DNA of 64,000 nt, from positions 8,343 through 72,342 of the IMG/VR virus record IMGVR_UViG_3300036790_000178. One strand, 5' to 3'. The notes under the pieces were generated by a model. It was not told the DNA's origin. It searched no databases and saw only the letters and a list, made by a program, of their open reading frames with translations. Of this stretch, positions 9,304-18,957 are shown piece after piece. The first letter of the stretch is position 1. Each line of letters begins with the position of its first letter. This stretch comes from a virus. The position numbers and the translations under genes were made by a program.

Positions 9304-9696
9304 TTACTTCTGGGCGGCAGCCTTCTTCGCCGCGCCGCTCGTCAGGTAGGCGCCCGCCGAGGACGCCATTCCGCTTCCGACGTCAGCGAGTGCCTGCTGA
9401 AGCGAGCCGCCGAGCACGGGCGTGTTCTCCACGACATTGAGTTCGACCTGAAGATACGGCTGGCCGGTCGACCAGAGATCCTCGGCAACCTTCTGCAGGC
9501 CCGGATCCTTGATGCCGGCGATCGCCGAGGCGACCTGCGCGTTCGCCCCGGTGATATCACCCTTGCCGGCGGCGCTGAAGAAGGCCGCGACCTGCGAGGC
9601 CGTGGTGGCGCGGGCCTGCTTGTCCGCATCGGACGAACCCTGGCTGATGACGGCCGCGGTGACAGCTTCGGCGGCGAGGTAGGGAATGGAGCTCAT
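9304..9696 (-). CDS. Hypothetical helical protein in lysis cassette
   Basis: ATGA-coupled to the upstream gene; phage-typical codon usage. Confidence 0.65.
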   Translation of the reverse strand: MSSIPYLAAEAVTAAVISQGSSDADKQARATTASQVAAFFSAAGKGDITGANAQVASAIAGIKDPGLQKVAEDLWSTGQPYLQVELNVVENTPVLGGSLQQALADVGSGMASSAGAYLTSGAAKKAAAQK

Positions 9697-9923
9697 GGTT
9701 TCACCTGTTGCGCCGGGGTGGCCGGCTGGGTAGGGTTTACGGGGCTGGGGATGTGGAACACGGAAGTGACGACGTGCATCAGGATGGTCCCCAAGCCGCC
9801 CAACACCATCTCGATGATGGCGCGGGCATCCTGGGAGAGCGTCACGGGATGCAGGATGAGGAGGTAGATGAGGCCGCCCATCACCGCCGTCAGGAAAAAG
9901 CAGTACGCGACACGGGCGTTCAT
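9693..9923 (-). CDS. Two-TM membrane protein, holin candidate
   Basis: 76 aa with two hydrophobic segments, near the endolysin. Confidence 0.55.
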   Translation of the reverse strand: MNARVAYCFFLTAVMGGLIYLLILHPVTLSQDARAIIEMVLGGLGTILMHVVTSVFHIPSPVNPTQPATPAQQVKP

Positions 9924-10297
9924 AGGTTCACCTTGAGAGTGAGGTTCGTGGGCGCGCCCGGAACTTCCGAGAAGGTCCCGCAGGCTTCCGGCGAATGAGG
10001 CGATTCGAATCCGTTGACGACAGACGTCACGAAGCCGCAGACGGTCTCGCCCGCGGTGTATCCAGAGGTGATTGCGCTCGTGAAGCGGATCCCGGTCTGT
10101 ACTGGCGCCGCGGCCTCACTTCCCGGGCCGGCAGTGCCGACGTACAGGTTGTAGGTGATCGTCGCGGTGCTTGGGATAGCTGTACCGTCGGTGAACTGTG
10201 TCGGCGCGCTGTAGGCCCAATTGACCGTTCCGCTGGTCTGTGCGGAAGCGACGCCCACGACGAGCATCGCGGCGAGCGCGATGAGATAGCGAATCAT
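9920..10297 (-). CDS. Secreted FN3-like single-domain protein
   Basis: Leader MIRYLIALAAMLVVGVASA-Q; W..PT..TDG....YNLY, VTSV.NG.ES..S and VPGAPTNL motifs; one Cys pair. Confidence 0.7.
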   Translation of the reverse strand: MIRYLIALAAMLVVGVASAQTSGTVNWAYSAPTQFTDGTAIPSTATITYNLYVGTAGPGSEAAAPVQTGIRFTSAITSGYTAGETVCGFVTSVVNGFESPHSPEACGTFSEVPGAPTNLTLKVNL

Positions 10298-10377
10298 GGG
10301 GAAGGTCCTCTTCGGGAAATTATGGCGACCGGTTGGCATGATCCCGGCTCCGCTGCTGGCGCGGCGAGCGAGCTGCA

Positions 10378-10734
10378 TCAGAATGGCTCCAGCTGCACGG
10401 TCTTGCCCGTGAGTTGGTGAGTGCAGTCGGAAAGGAACTGAATCTGGCCGCCGGTCACGAATGAATGGCAGCGAGTGTCGGCCGCAGGAAACGTAGGCGC
10501 CGGCTTCGGGCAACCTTCCGCGTGCCACGCATCGAACTGGCGCCTACCGTCTTCGGTGAAATCGCGCCCGGTGACAAGCACGCTCGGCGTGAAGCTCGGT
10601 CGGTCATAGTCGCCATTGAAGCCCCACGGCTCGGGAGCGGGCGCCACGCGCACGGCATGCATCTGCCTGCAGCCCGGGCACCAGAAACCCAGCTTGCCGC
10701 CCTCGATGGTTCGGAGGACGCCGCGCGCGCTCAC
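10378..10734 (-). CDS. DUF6527-like Zn-binding protein
   Basis: FWCPGC...H, WGFNGD...PSFTPSVLV and CHSFVT.GQIQFLSDCTH motifs. Confidence 0.75.
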   Translation of the reverse strand: MSARGVLRTIEGGKLGFWCPGCRQMHAVRVAPAPEPWGFNGDYDRPSFTPSVLVTGRDFTEDGRRQFDAWHAEGCPKPAPTFPAADTRCHSFVTGGQIQFLSDCTHQLTGKTVQLEPF

Positions 10735-11219
10735 GACAGCGCCGCGAGCGACGCGGCCATCTGCCGCCGCTCCCAGCCGGTGCCGTCACGCGACCAGGTT
10801 GCGGACTGATGGAGCCGATCCATGCAGGCTCCGAAGTACCACTCGAGGAGCGCTGCCGGCGTGGGGAGCGTCGCGGCATGAATGGTCTGCGGCCCGATGC
10901 CGCCATCGACGTGCACGCCGAGCGCGCGCTGTAGCGCCATCACCGCCTGCACTGGCCCGTCGAGCACGGAGAACGCGAGCAATGGCATGGCGAGATAGGA
11001 CGGCAGATCCGACGCCCCCTTCGGCCAGTACTGTTCCGCGAGCATCTGAGCGGCTGCGGCCTGCGTGAGCGCCTGTAGCTTCCCGGCAAGCTCGGGGTGA
11101 TAGCGCACAGCCAGACCCCATGCGGTCTCCCCGCCCGGATCCTTGGGATCGAAGTGGTACGGCCCCTCACGGCCCGTCACCCAAAGCGAGGCCTCCTGGA
11201 GAGCGTCTGCTGAGATCAT
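10731..11219 (-). CDS. Endolysin, glycoside hydrolase family 108 with PG-binding segment
   Basis: EGPY..DPKDPGGETAWG; LQRALGVHVDGGIGPQT; GWERR. Confidence 0.85.
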   Translation of the reverse strand: MISADALQEASLWVTGREGPYHFDPKDPGGETAWGLAVRYHPELAGKLQALTQAAAAQMLAEQYWPKGASDLPSYLAMPLLAFSVLDGPVQAVMALQRALGVHVDGGIGPQTIHAATLPTPAALLEWYFGACMDRLHQSATWSRDGTGWERRQMAASLAALS

Positions 11220-11644
11220 TGGGGCGAGCGCTCCTGCCCGCAGTTGATCGCCTGCGGATACGGATGGCCCGCCGTGTTCTCGTAGCGCTCGAGCAGCTGC
11301 GAGAGCGACGCCTCGTAGAGACCGCGGGACTCGGAGTTCTGCGTCTCGCTACAGCGGCCGGCGTCCTGCAGGATCTGGGAGCTCAAGTCCTCGAGGTAGT
11401 GGCGGCCCTCGTTCTTCTCATCAGCTCGCATCTGCGCCGTGATCGGCGCCACGGCCGCTATGATCGAGGGGCCCATCTGGGCCTTGAGGGCCTGCACATC
11501 GCTTTCCTTCGCGAAGTTGTGCGTGCTGTAGTAGATCCAGCCCGTGAGTCCCATGAGAGCCGTGCAGGAGACGATGCGCACGCGGTATCGCTCCGGAAGG
11601 AGCTTGTCCAGCTGCGCGAAAATCACGCCAAGCATGTCGCTCAT
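11216..11644 (-). CDS. Single-TM membrane protein preceding the endolysin (holin/antiholin candidate)
   Basis: One TM segment plus a Cys-containing soluble tail; ATGA overlaps at both ends. Confidence 0.55.
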   Translation of the reverse strand: MSDMLGVIFAQLDKLLPERYRVRIVSCTALMGLTGWIYYSTHNFAKESDVQALKAQMGPSIIAAVAPITAQMRADEKNEGRHYLEDLSSQILQDAGRCSETQNSESRGLYEASLSQLLERYENTAGHPYPQAINCGQERSPQ

Positions 11645-12726
11645 GCCGTCCTCCGCCACATCCGCACGACCCGATAGGGCTGCAAGTTGTTGTGAGGCGT
11701 AGCGGGTTCAGTCCCAGTGAGCCCTTCCCCGCTAAGCGTCGTCTTGTTCGCGTAGAGGCAGGCATCATTGTCGTTGTCGGTGGTGTTCGATCCGACGTTG
11801 TTATTGAGTGCTCCGATCCCTACGTACTGGGTCGCGCCACGCTGCGCCAAGATGCTGGACTTCTCTGGATAGTAGAAATCCTGATAGTTGAGCGGCGGCA
11901 CCTCGGCCGCGACGAGCTGGTGCGTATCCTCGCCTCCGGTCTGCCCGGTAGACTCGAAGTTCGGATCGCTCGGCAGCCGGCCGACGAGCACGACGCCTTG
12001 AACTTCGACCCAGGTCTGCCAAGTGAACACGGCCCCGGGGCTCGTCGTGTCGGTCTCCCACAGCACATACGCGCCGATGGGATAGATGAGATTGGTGAGC
12101 GCCTGCTCGATCCCGGTGATGTTCGTCGGCAGTTCCGTGATCTGAAATTCGGTGCCGTCCCAGACGAATGCAGCGATGCCACCGGCGAGAAGCGCCCCCA
12201 CCGCAGGTGCAGCGCCGCCAGGCAGGACTGCCGATGCCGCGCCGGCACCATCATTGAACGTGACGGTGCCTGAAGTATTGGTATGCGCGATCTTGACGCG
12301 AAGCGGCGCTCCGACCTTGTGCGCGGTCAGCGCGGGCGTGAAGTTCGCGACATAGGCATTCGCCGAGCCGGTATCAGCGGCATAGTTGCCAGCCTGCGCC
12401 TGCACATCGTCCGCTTGCGCCGCGGCACCGAGATCAGCCGCGGTCGGCAGGAGGTTGAGAAAGTCCCCCGCCGCCCATGCCAACGCGCTCGTTCCCTCCT
12501 GAGCGCGCGTGATGGTCATCGTATCCGTCGAGCGCGCGGTAACGAGCACGACCTCTCGAATATTCGAATTCGAGGCCGCCTGGAACGTTGCCGTGAACGT
12601 CTGGACCCCGGTGAGCGTCGGGAATAGCGCGCCCTCGCCCGCATTCACCGAAACGCTGGTTGCGCTATTGCTGATCGATGCCGCGAGAGTTGCGGTCGCG
12701 TTGTTCGAATACTGGCGTACAGCCAT
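11641..12726 (-). CDS. Tail fibre protein
   Basis: Fibre N-terminus NNATATLA...REVVLVTARSTDTMTITRAQEGT; collar-like IYPIGAY...TGGEDTHQL...HNNLQPY..VRMWRRTA. Confidence 0.85.
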   Translation of the reverse strand: MAVRQYSNNATATLAASISNSATSVSVNAGEGALFPTLTGVQTFTATFQAASNSNIREVVLVTARSTDTMTITRAQEGTSALAWAAGDFLNLLPTAADLGAAAQADDVQAQAGNYAADTGSANAYVANFTPALTAHKVGAPLRVKIAHTNTSGTVTFNDGAGAASAVLPGGAAPAVGALLAGGIAAFVWDGTEFQITELPTNITGIEQALTNLIYPIGAYVLWETDTTSPGAVFTWQTWVEVQGVVLVGRLPSDPNFESTGQTGGEDTHQLVAAEVPPLNYQDFYYPEKSSILAQRGATQYVGIGALNNNVGSNTTDNDNDACLYANKTTLSGEGLTGTEPATPHNNLQPYRVVRMWRRTA

Positions 12727-12729
12727 TGC

Positions 12730-13062
12730 CTACTCCGGTCTCCAAGTGAGCAATTCCCGCCAATCGGCAGGGCGCACGTACATGCGATTGAAAATCACGG
12801 TGTTATCTTCCATGGCGGTGATGCGGTGCGGCAGAAGACTATTGAACTCGGGCTCTTCCGCTTGCGAGTTAGCATCGAGAATCAGCCACTGCGGCTCCTG
12901 CTCGCCTGCCGGGCAGATCTCGACCAGGACTTGTCCTTTCAGGCAGAGACAGGCGTGGCGACGCTCGATCGAATGCGCGTGCACGCCGAACCCCTCGCCT
13001 GCTTTCTCCAGCACGTACTCGCAGCCGAACTCGCCTTCGAGCTCGGTGTATCGTTCGCGCAT
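12730..13062 (-). CDS. Small cupin-fold protein
   Basis: HAH....H...CLKG and HRITAMEDNT cupin-like motifs. Confidence 0.6.
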   Translation of the reverse strand: MRERYTELEGEFGCEYVLEKAGEGFGVHAHSIERRHACLCLKGQVLVEICPAGEQEPQWLILDANSQAEEPEFNSLLPHRITAMEDNTVIFNRMYVRPADWRELLTWRPE

Positions 13063-15209
13063 CAGGTGAAGCGGATCGAGACGAGGCCTGCGCCGCCGTT
13101 CTGGCCGGGCTGGCTCCCCTGGAAGCCGGCCTCACCGCCGTACCCGTTCGCGTTGCCGCCCGTGTTGGAGTAGACGCCGTGCTGAGTGACTCCACCCGCG
13201 CCGGTGGTGCGAAATGGCGCTCCCGTGCCACCAGTGACGTTGGCTTGGTTGCCGCCCGAGGCCGTGCCGCCAGTACCGCCCGCCGAGTTGTTCCCCGGCT
13301 GGCCGCCGTTCGCCGTGAGCGTGACGCCGGCGACGACTACGACCGTGGCGGTGCCCGCCGTACCGACGCCACCATTGCCGAAGCCTTCCGCTCCGGCCGC
13401 GCCCACCGCGCTGATGGTGATGGACTCGCCACCGGTCACGGCGACCTGGTGCCTGACATAGCCGGCACCGCCGCCGCCGGCCCCTGGCTGGGCGGTGCAG
13501 AGTGAGCCCGTACCGCCCTGGCCACCGCCGCCCCCGCCCCACTCCTCGATGACGGCGTTCGAATATCCGTTCGGGACGGTGACGGTCTGTGCCGTGGCGT
13601 AAGTGAAGGTCTCAGGCGGCAGGTAGGTAAAGGAAACGCTGACGGTGACCTGGGCCTGCTGCCCCAAGGCATCGGTAACGGTGCACTGCGCGTTGCCGGT
13701 ATCGGTGTTCCCGGCCGTCATGCCGGAGGCGGTGAGGTTCGTCGTGGCCGAGGTCGGCGATCCGATGGCGTAGCTGGCGCCATCCGTGTGCGAGGTCCAG
13801 GTGAACGTCCAGTTGTAGGTATACGGGGCCTCCCCGCCCGAGACGGTGACCGTCGTCGATGCGGTGGTCATCGGGATCGTGCTCGAGGAGACCGGAAGCG
13901 ACATCGGGCTTGCCGAGGCGCTTGGCGCCGTCGCGCGCGCCACCGATACCGCGCAAGTTGCCGTGGCCTGCTGACCGAAGGAATCCGTGACGGTGCAGAG
14001 GAGTGTCCCGGATTCCGTGGCGCCCGGTGAGAGTCCAGAACCCGTGATTGTGGTCGAAGAGCCGGCGGGCGAATTGATCGTAAGCCCCGTACCGCCCGAC
14101 TGCCACGTATTGGCGTAGATGAAGGGTCCGGCACCGCCCGTCACGGTGGCCGTGGTCGCGCCCGTCGTCTCGGTCGCAGTCGATCCCGTCACCGAGAGCG
14201 TGGTCGGGGAAAGCGCGACGCTCGGCGCCGAGACGTTGCTGATGGTCACGATGACAAAGGCGTACGCGGTATGCGTGCCGTCGGAAACCGTGCATTTCGC
14301 CGTGCCGGTAAGCGTGGTGCCGCGCGTCATCCCGGTCGCGGTGAAGGCCGTATCGGCCGCGGAAGGCGAGTCGATCGTGATCCCGGTGCCGCCTGAATCC
14401 CACGTCCAGGTGTAAGTGAGAGCACCTGAACCACCTACGGCCGAGACGCTCGCCGTGCCGGTCGAGAGGGTCGTCGCGATGCCCGTAACCGATTCGGTCG
14501 GCGGGCTCGCGGTCGCGACCAGCATCGTCACGATGTTGAACGCGTAGGTGTACTGGACCGGAAGATCAAGCACCCCGCCCAAGAAGGCGGACTGCAGGAT
14601 CGGCAGTATGTTCGGTGCCAACTGCACGAGCGAAGAAATGGCGGCGCCGTTGACCGTCACGGTGAGGACGTCACTTGATACGGTGACACTCACCGCCTGG
14701 GTGTTCTCAGGGCCTATGACGAAGTCTGGCGAGAGCGGATTGGGATCGAGGCCGTCCGTTCCGATGAGGAAGCGCATGATCCTTCGCTTCAGCCACTTCA
14801 TGCAGAAGCGCTTGCCGTCACCCTTGTAGTAATTCCAGGTGAGGATGCGCTTCAGCACATCATCGGATATCGAGTAGTACGTGACCGACGGGGCGACGAA
14901 AGAGTTGAGCGTTGCGGTGTTCAGCTCCTGCGTATTGAGCGGGCCCGCCGCAGCGCTCGCCGACTGCACCAAGCTCGTCCGCTGCGTGCCGTAAAGACCG
15001 TTCAGCACCCAATCAAGGAGCGGTCCGGAAAGGCCGGGATAGAACGGCAGATTGGCCGAGTTGAACCAATCTACATACGTCTGCGTCGCTGCGTTATAGG
15101 CGGCGAAGAACGCCTGAATATCATCATCGTCGGCGTACTGTTTGTAGGGATATGCCGGGATCGTCGCAGTCAGGGTCGGCTGCGGCGAAAGAAGCTGAGA
15201 ATCGCTCAT
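13062..15209 (-). CDS. Baseplate wedge-like protein fused to three Ig-like repeats and a Gly-rich tip
   Basis: N-terminal IPAYPYKQY.DD..IQAFF...KRILTWNYYKGDGKRF; three copies of YTW..SGG.G.TI.SP....T....CTV.D; C-terminal WGGGGGG Gly-rich domain. Confidence 0.75.
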   Translation of the reverse strand: MSDSQLLSPQPTLTATIPAYPYKQYADDDDIQAFFAAYNAATQTYVDWFNSANLPFYPGLSGPLLDWVLNGLYGTQRTSLVQSASAAAGPLNTQELNTATLNSFVAPSVTYYSISDDVLKRILTWNYYKGDGKRFCMKWLKRRIMRFLIGTDGLDPNPLSPDFVIGPENTQAVSVTVSSDVLTVTVNGAAISSLVQLAPNILPILQSAFLGGVLDLPVQYTYAFNIVTMLVATASPPTESVTGIATTLSTGTASVSAVGGSGALTYTWTWDSGGTGITIDSPSAADTAFTATGMTRGTTLTGTAKCTVSDGTHTAYAFVIVTISNVSAPSVALSPTTLSVTGSTATETTGATTATVTGGAGPFIYANTWQSGGTGLTINSPAGSSTTITGSGLSPGATESGTLLCTVTDSFGQQATATCAVSVARATAPSASASPMSLPVSSSTIPMTTASTTVTVSGGEAPYTYNWTFTWTSHTDGASYAIGSPTSATTNLTASGMTAGNTDTGNAQCTVTDALGQQAQVTVSVSFTYLPPETFTYATAQTVTVPNGYSNAVIEEWGGGGGGQGGTGSLCTAQPGAGGGGAGYVRHQVAVTGGESITISAVGAAGAEGFGNGGVGTAGTATVVVVAGVTLTANGGQPGNNSAGGTGGTASGGNQANVTGGTGAPFRTTGAGGVTQHGVYSNTGGNANGYGGEAGFQGSQPGQNGGAGLVSIRFT

Positions 15210-16426
15210 CCCTGCGTGACCGTGATCCCACTTGCGACACAGGTAAAGTAGCTCTCGGAATCACCCGGGATGTCCTGGTAGCCGGTGGGCGGGCTCACCC
15301 CTGAGCCATTGATCGACACCGTGAACACGAGGCGCGTCAGCAGGTTCGGGTCGAGCGTGCTCGCAATCGCCGACTGCACGATGTTCGTCATCTCGAGCAG
15401 GTTGATCGGCTGCCCGACGATGAGCTGGTTGATGTATGCCGCGATGACCGGCTGAATCAGCGACGGGAATGCCGCACCGCCCGTGAAGCTCGAAAGCGAG
15501 GTGTTCCAGGTGATCGTCATCGTCACGGTCTGAACGCCGGGCGACACGTAGACCACGGTGTAGGGATCGGGATAGTCGTTCAGGCTCACCGTGACGTTCG
15601 TGCCGCCACCGGACTTGCCGATGAGGTCGCTCGGGTCGCCCACGGACTGAAGGATGGCGTTGGCGATCTGGTACGGATCACCGGAGCCGCCGACTAGGAC
15701 CTTGATCCCGGGCGAACCCTGCTGCACGCCGATGAGGCGCCGCACCACGCCGAGCGGTACCAACTGCCCGACCAGCGTCTTGATGAACCGTGCGGTGCCG
15801 ACTGAGGCCGCGAGGTTCGCTTGCAGCACCGCGACACGATAGGACTCGAAGCTCTCCGGCGCCTGCGCCGGCGTGCCGGCCGACGGATTCGTGACGTTGA
15901 GCGCGATACCAGGCGGAATCGAGGTCCTGCTCTGCGTCACCGTATTCGCCGCAGGAGCCACTGTCTGTGCGGTATTGAGAGCGATCGCCGTCCCAAATCC
16001 GGTACCGTCGGTCGCGATCGCAATGGTGGACTGCAGCGCGTAGGAGTTCGTACCGTCTGAGAAGATCCAGCCTTGTGATACGAGGAAGCCCGCGGTGGAT
16101 CCCGAGAACGCCAGCGCGACACTCACTGCGCTCGCGCCCCCCTGTGGAACGCCGACGACCTGGCCGATCTGAATGAGGAGCGGCTCGTTCGCGCCGTTCG
16201 GCGTCAAGGAATTGACGAGGTCGACCTTGGCCTGGTCGCAGAGCGCGATCGCCCCGACATCGGTGCTGGCGACATCTTCGATCAGCGAGCCAGGAAGATT
16301 GTTGGTGTATCCGGGATTCGTCAGTGCCACGTTGCTCGTCAACTGCGAGAGCAGGCTTGCTGGCGTCTGCGGCTGAAGTCCCTGCGCCGTGATGATGACG
16401 GGAAAGTTGTACGAATACGTGGCCAT
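15206..16426 (-). CDS. Baseplate J/gp47-like protein
   Basis: PGYTNNLPGSLIEDVASTD and ESFESYR..VLQA motifs; baseplate position. Confidence 0.75.
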   Translation of the reverse strand: MATYSYNFPVIITAQGLQPQTPASLLSQLTSNVALTNPGYTNNLPGSLIEDVASTDVGAIALCDQAKVDLVNSLTPNGANEPLLIQIGQVVGVPQGGASAVSVALAFSGSTAGFLVSQGWIFSDGTNSYALQSTIAIATDGTGFGTAIALNTAQTVAPAANTVTQSRTSIPPGIALNVTNPSAGTPAQAPESFESYRVAVLQANLAASVGTARFIKTLVGQLVPLGVVRRLIGVQQGSPGIKVLVGGSGDPYQIANAILQSVGDPSDLIGKSGGGTNVTVSLNDYPDPYTVVYVSPGVQTVTMTITWNTSLSSFTGGAAFPSLIQPVIAAYINQLIVGQPINLLEMTNIVQSAIASTLDPNLLTRLVFTVSINGSGVSPPTGYQDIPGDSESYFTCVASGITVTQG

Positions 16427-16771
16427 TTAAGTTGCGACCTGAGCGCCGAGGACAACGCCTGAATTGGTAATGACGTTCACGGCGTAGGTTGGTGGCGAAG
16501 GCGTGGTTTTCGTGATGGTGAGAGAGGCGAAGAACGGCGCGAAGCTCTGCTGCGTGACTGACATGTCGTAGTCGGGGGCGACCTGCTGCACGATGGATTG
16601 TCGTGAGGACAAGCCAGACGAAGCGTAGAAAGGGCTCTCGTTCTTGGAGAGTTGAAGCGTCTGGCACAAAGTCGTCAGCATTACTAGACTGTTGTCGCCT
16701 GACGATGATGTTTGCACCACAACCCATGTGCGTGAGCCGTCTGGGTTGGTGATCCTGCCGAAGGTCCTGAT
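16427..16771 (-). CDS. Baseplate gp46/W-like protein; probable ATC start
   Basis: LTTLCQTLQLSKNESPFYA motif. Frame is open upstream to IRTFGRITNPDGSRTW, with AGGAG 6 nt before ATC at 16771. First standard start is GTG at 16720. Confidence 0.65.
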   Translation of the reverse strand: MRTFGRITNPDGSRTWVVVQTSSSGDNSLVMLTTLCQTLQLSKNESPFYASSGLSSRQSIVQQVAPDYDMSVTQQSFAPFFASLTITKTTPSPPTYAVNVITNSGVVLGAQVAT

Positions 16772-16780
16772 GACGCTCTC

Positions 16781-17365
16781 CTAAACGACGGTCCCGCTGT
16801 CGCCTGTGACTGGCGTCGAGCCGGCCACGTAGGTTCCTGGACCATGATCGTGATTCAGGAACACGCGCCCATTGATCAGGACCTCGCCTGAAGTATTGAT
16901 CTGAAAGAGCACGGTCCCGTTGTGCGCCATCGTGATGCCGATATCGGCCACATCGACGGTGAAATCTCCGTTCGCCGACTCGAGGTGCTGCGATGTCGAG
17001 TCGATCTCTGACCAGTCCTTATTTCCGACCGGCACCCACACGAGCGCCGAGAGGTTCCCGCGCTGCGTGAGGTCGGCCGTTCCGCCGCCCAAGCCCGTGA
17101 CGCCACCGAGATATGCATCGGCCGTGGTCGCGAAGCCGAGGTCACCGATCTGAATCGGTGAGCGGCAGTAGCGCGACCCAGCCGCCGCCATGCTCATCTG
17201 CTGCAGCGGGACACCGACGTCGAATTGCACCGTGACGATGGGGCCAGAGACGGCGACGACGTGGCCAGGAAGTCTTAGACCGAGAAGGCCGATCTGGTCT
17301 TGCGCATTCTTCGTCGCGAAAGCTGGCAGCGTGCGCGAGAACGGTGTTTTTTGGGCATCCGTCAT
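16781..17365 (-). CDS. Baseplate spike (gp45/gpV-like)
   Basis: OB-like N-terminus and C-terminal HDH metal-binding tip. Confidence 0.75.
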   Translation of the reverse strand: MTDAQKTPFSRTLPAFATKNAQDQIGLLGLRLPGHVVAVSGPIVTVQFDVGVPLQQMSMAAAGSRYCRSPIQIGDLGFATTADAYLGGVTGLGGGTADLTQRGNLSALVWVPVGNKDWSEIDSTSQHLESANGDFTVDVADIGITMAHNGTVLFQINTSGEVLINGRVFLNHDHGPGTYVAGSTPVTGDSGTVV

Positions 17366-17371
17366 AGCGGC

Positions 17372-18466
17372 TCAACCACTCAGCGTGCTCGGCGCACCGA
17401 CGAACGTGGTTACCCACGCGTCTGCGGACGGCTGCCTGAACTGACCAAAATGATGAATTTCCGTGAGTTTCCAAGTGCCGCCGAAAGCGATGCGACTTGC
17501 GGCCGGCGTTCCCGGCAATGATTGGACGCCAGCAGCGTCTGAAATCTGCGCGTACGGAGGCAATACGCCTTGCGGGAATATGATGTAGCTAGTCAAATCC
17601 AGATCCGCGCGCAGCACAGTGGAAAACTGGATCGTCGCTGGAGTGATCCACGTCGGCTGCCCAACGAGGTCCGAAAACAGTAGCTTCTTCGGGAGAGCTG
17701 ATCCGACGGTTCCGGGAGCGTCCTCTTGCGCGACAATGGTGTCGCCCGAGAAGAAGATATCTACGCCACGATAACCACTTACGATCTGAGAGCCGACACT
17801 GATTGTCAGGCCCTTGAGGTATGCGGCGAATTGATTGATGTTCTCGTAGTAACCGCTCTCGTCATTCGTCAACACGATATCGGTCGTAATCGAAATCTGC
17901 TGCTTGAAGTTCGGGAACACCGCGTTGAACACTTGGGAGAGAGCCGAGTTAAGCGTGGTGCCGGCTGCCCAGTTGAAGATCACCGGGATGTCAAACTGAA
18001 AGTTGATGTTCCCGGCGTTCGCGGCCGAGAACTTCGCTATAGGTCCAGGAGTGATGACTAGGTCAAGCGTCTGATTCACGCCCTGCCAGTTTCCGTATGA
18101 CGTGAGCACCTTTCCCTGTGCAATAAGCCCCGGTGGGGGCGAAGTGTTCGCAAGGGGCAGGCCATACGACATTCCCGCCTTCAGAGCGAAATTCATCCCG
18201 GAAAGGTTCGCGGCTTGACTTATCATCCTCAGGCCGACGCCGAAAACCTTGATGAGCGGATTCCCCTGCGGCGTAGCCATCGGAATAACCGGCACGTCGA
18301 TGGTGATATCTAGCGCCCCGGGATCGGGACTCATCCGGCCGGTGAAAGGATTTTTCGCGAGGCTCGTAAACGTCGGCCCCGATCCTCTCGTAAATCCACC
18401 CTTGCCGTCCTGAACGATCGACTGTCCGGTATTAGGATCAGAAATTGTCAGGCTGTAATACCGCAT
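17372..18466 (-). CDS. Baseplate hub-like protein
   Basis: Start MRYYSLTISDP (TAATG overlap); DLVGQPTWI and HFGQFRQPSADAWVT motifs; position. Confidence 0.65.
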   Translation of the reverse strand: MRYYSLTISDPNTGQSIVQDGKGGFTRGSGPTFTSLAKNPFTGRMSPDPGALDITIDVPVIPMATPQGNPLIKVFGVGLRMISQAANLSGMNFALKAGMSYGLPLANTSPPPGLIAQGKVLTSYGNWQGVNQTLDLVITPGPIAKFSAANAGNINFQFDIPVIFNWAAGTTLNSALSQVFNAVFPNFKQQISITTDIVLTNDESGYYENINQFAAYLKGLTISVGSQIVSGYRGVDIFFSGDTIVAQEDAPGTVGSALPKKLLFSDLVGQPTWITPATIQFSTVLRADLDLTSYIIFPQGVLPPYAQISDAAGVQSLPGTPAASRIAFGGTWKLTEIHHFGQFRQPSADAWVTTFVGAPSTLSG

Positions 18467-18957
18467 TACGGCGTCACTTCGAACTGACCGGTGCCCGGCC
18501 GATAGATCAGCGTCGATGTCTTGAAGTAGCCGCCGACGAGATTGACGTCCTGGCTGATGTTCCCGGTCACGCCCGACTGTCCCGGATCGGTCGAGAGCGG
18601 GAACGTCAACGTCATCGGATCGACCGCCAGCACCTGCTGCGCGCCGTCGTATGCGAGCCCGGTATCCGACACATCGACGTTCGCGACAGCGCCGACGGGT
18701 ATGTTGTGCGGTGACTGTAGAGCCGCCGTCGCGGTCCAATCCGCCCAGGAGAGGACGCTTTGAATCTTGGCTCCGGAGCCCGTCATCGGCCGGAAGAGCA
18801 CGAGATTCCCGGAGAGGTCGTAGATGCCGATGTACCAGCGCTGGCCGTACACGTTCCATGTCACAGAGACGTTGTACGTAGCCCCATCGAGCTGCGCCTG
18901 AAACTGAAATGGCGGCGCCGCCGTCGCGGACGGCGCGAAGGCCGTGACCGTGGTCAT
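18466..18957 (-). CDS. Baseplate plug-like protein
   Basis: PFQFQAQLDGATYNV.VTWNVYGQRWYI and NLVGGYF motifs. Confidence 0.65.
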   Translation of the reverse strand: MTTVTAFAPSATAAPPFQFQAQLDGATYNVSVTWNVYGQRWYIGIYDLSGNLVLFRPMTGSGAKIQSVLSWADWTATAALQSPHNIPVGAVANVDVSDTGLAYDGAQQVLAVDPMTLTFPLSTDPGQSGVTGNISQDVNLVGGYFKTSTLIYRPGTGQFEVTP

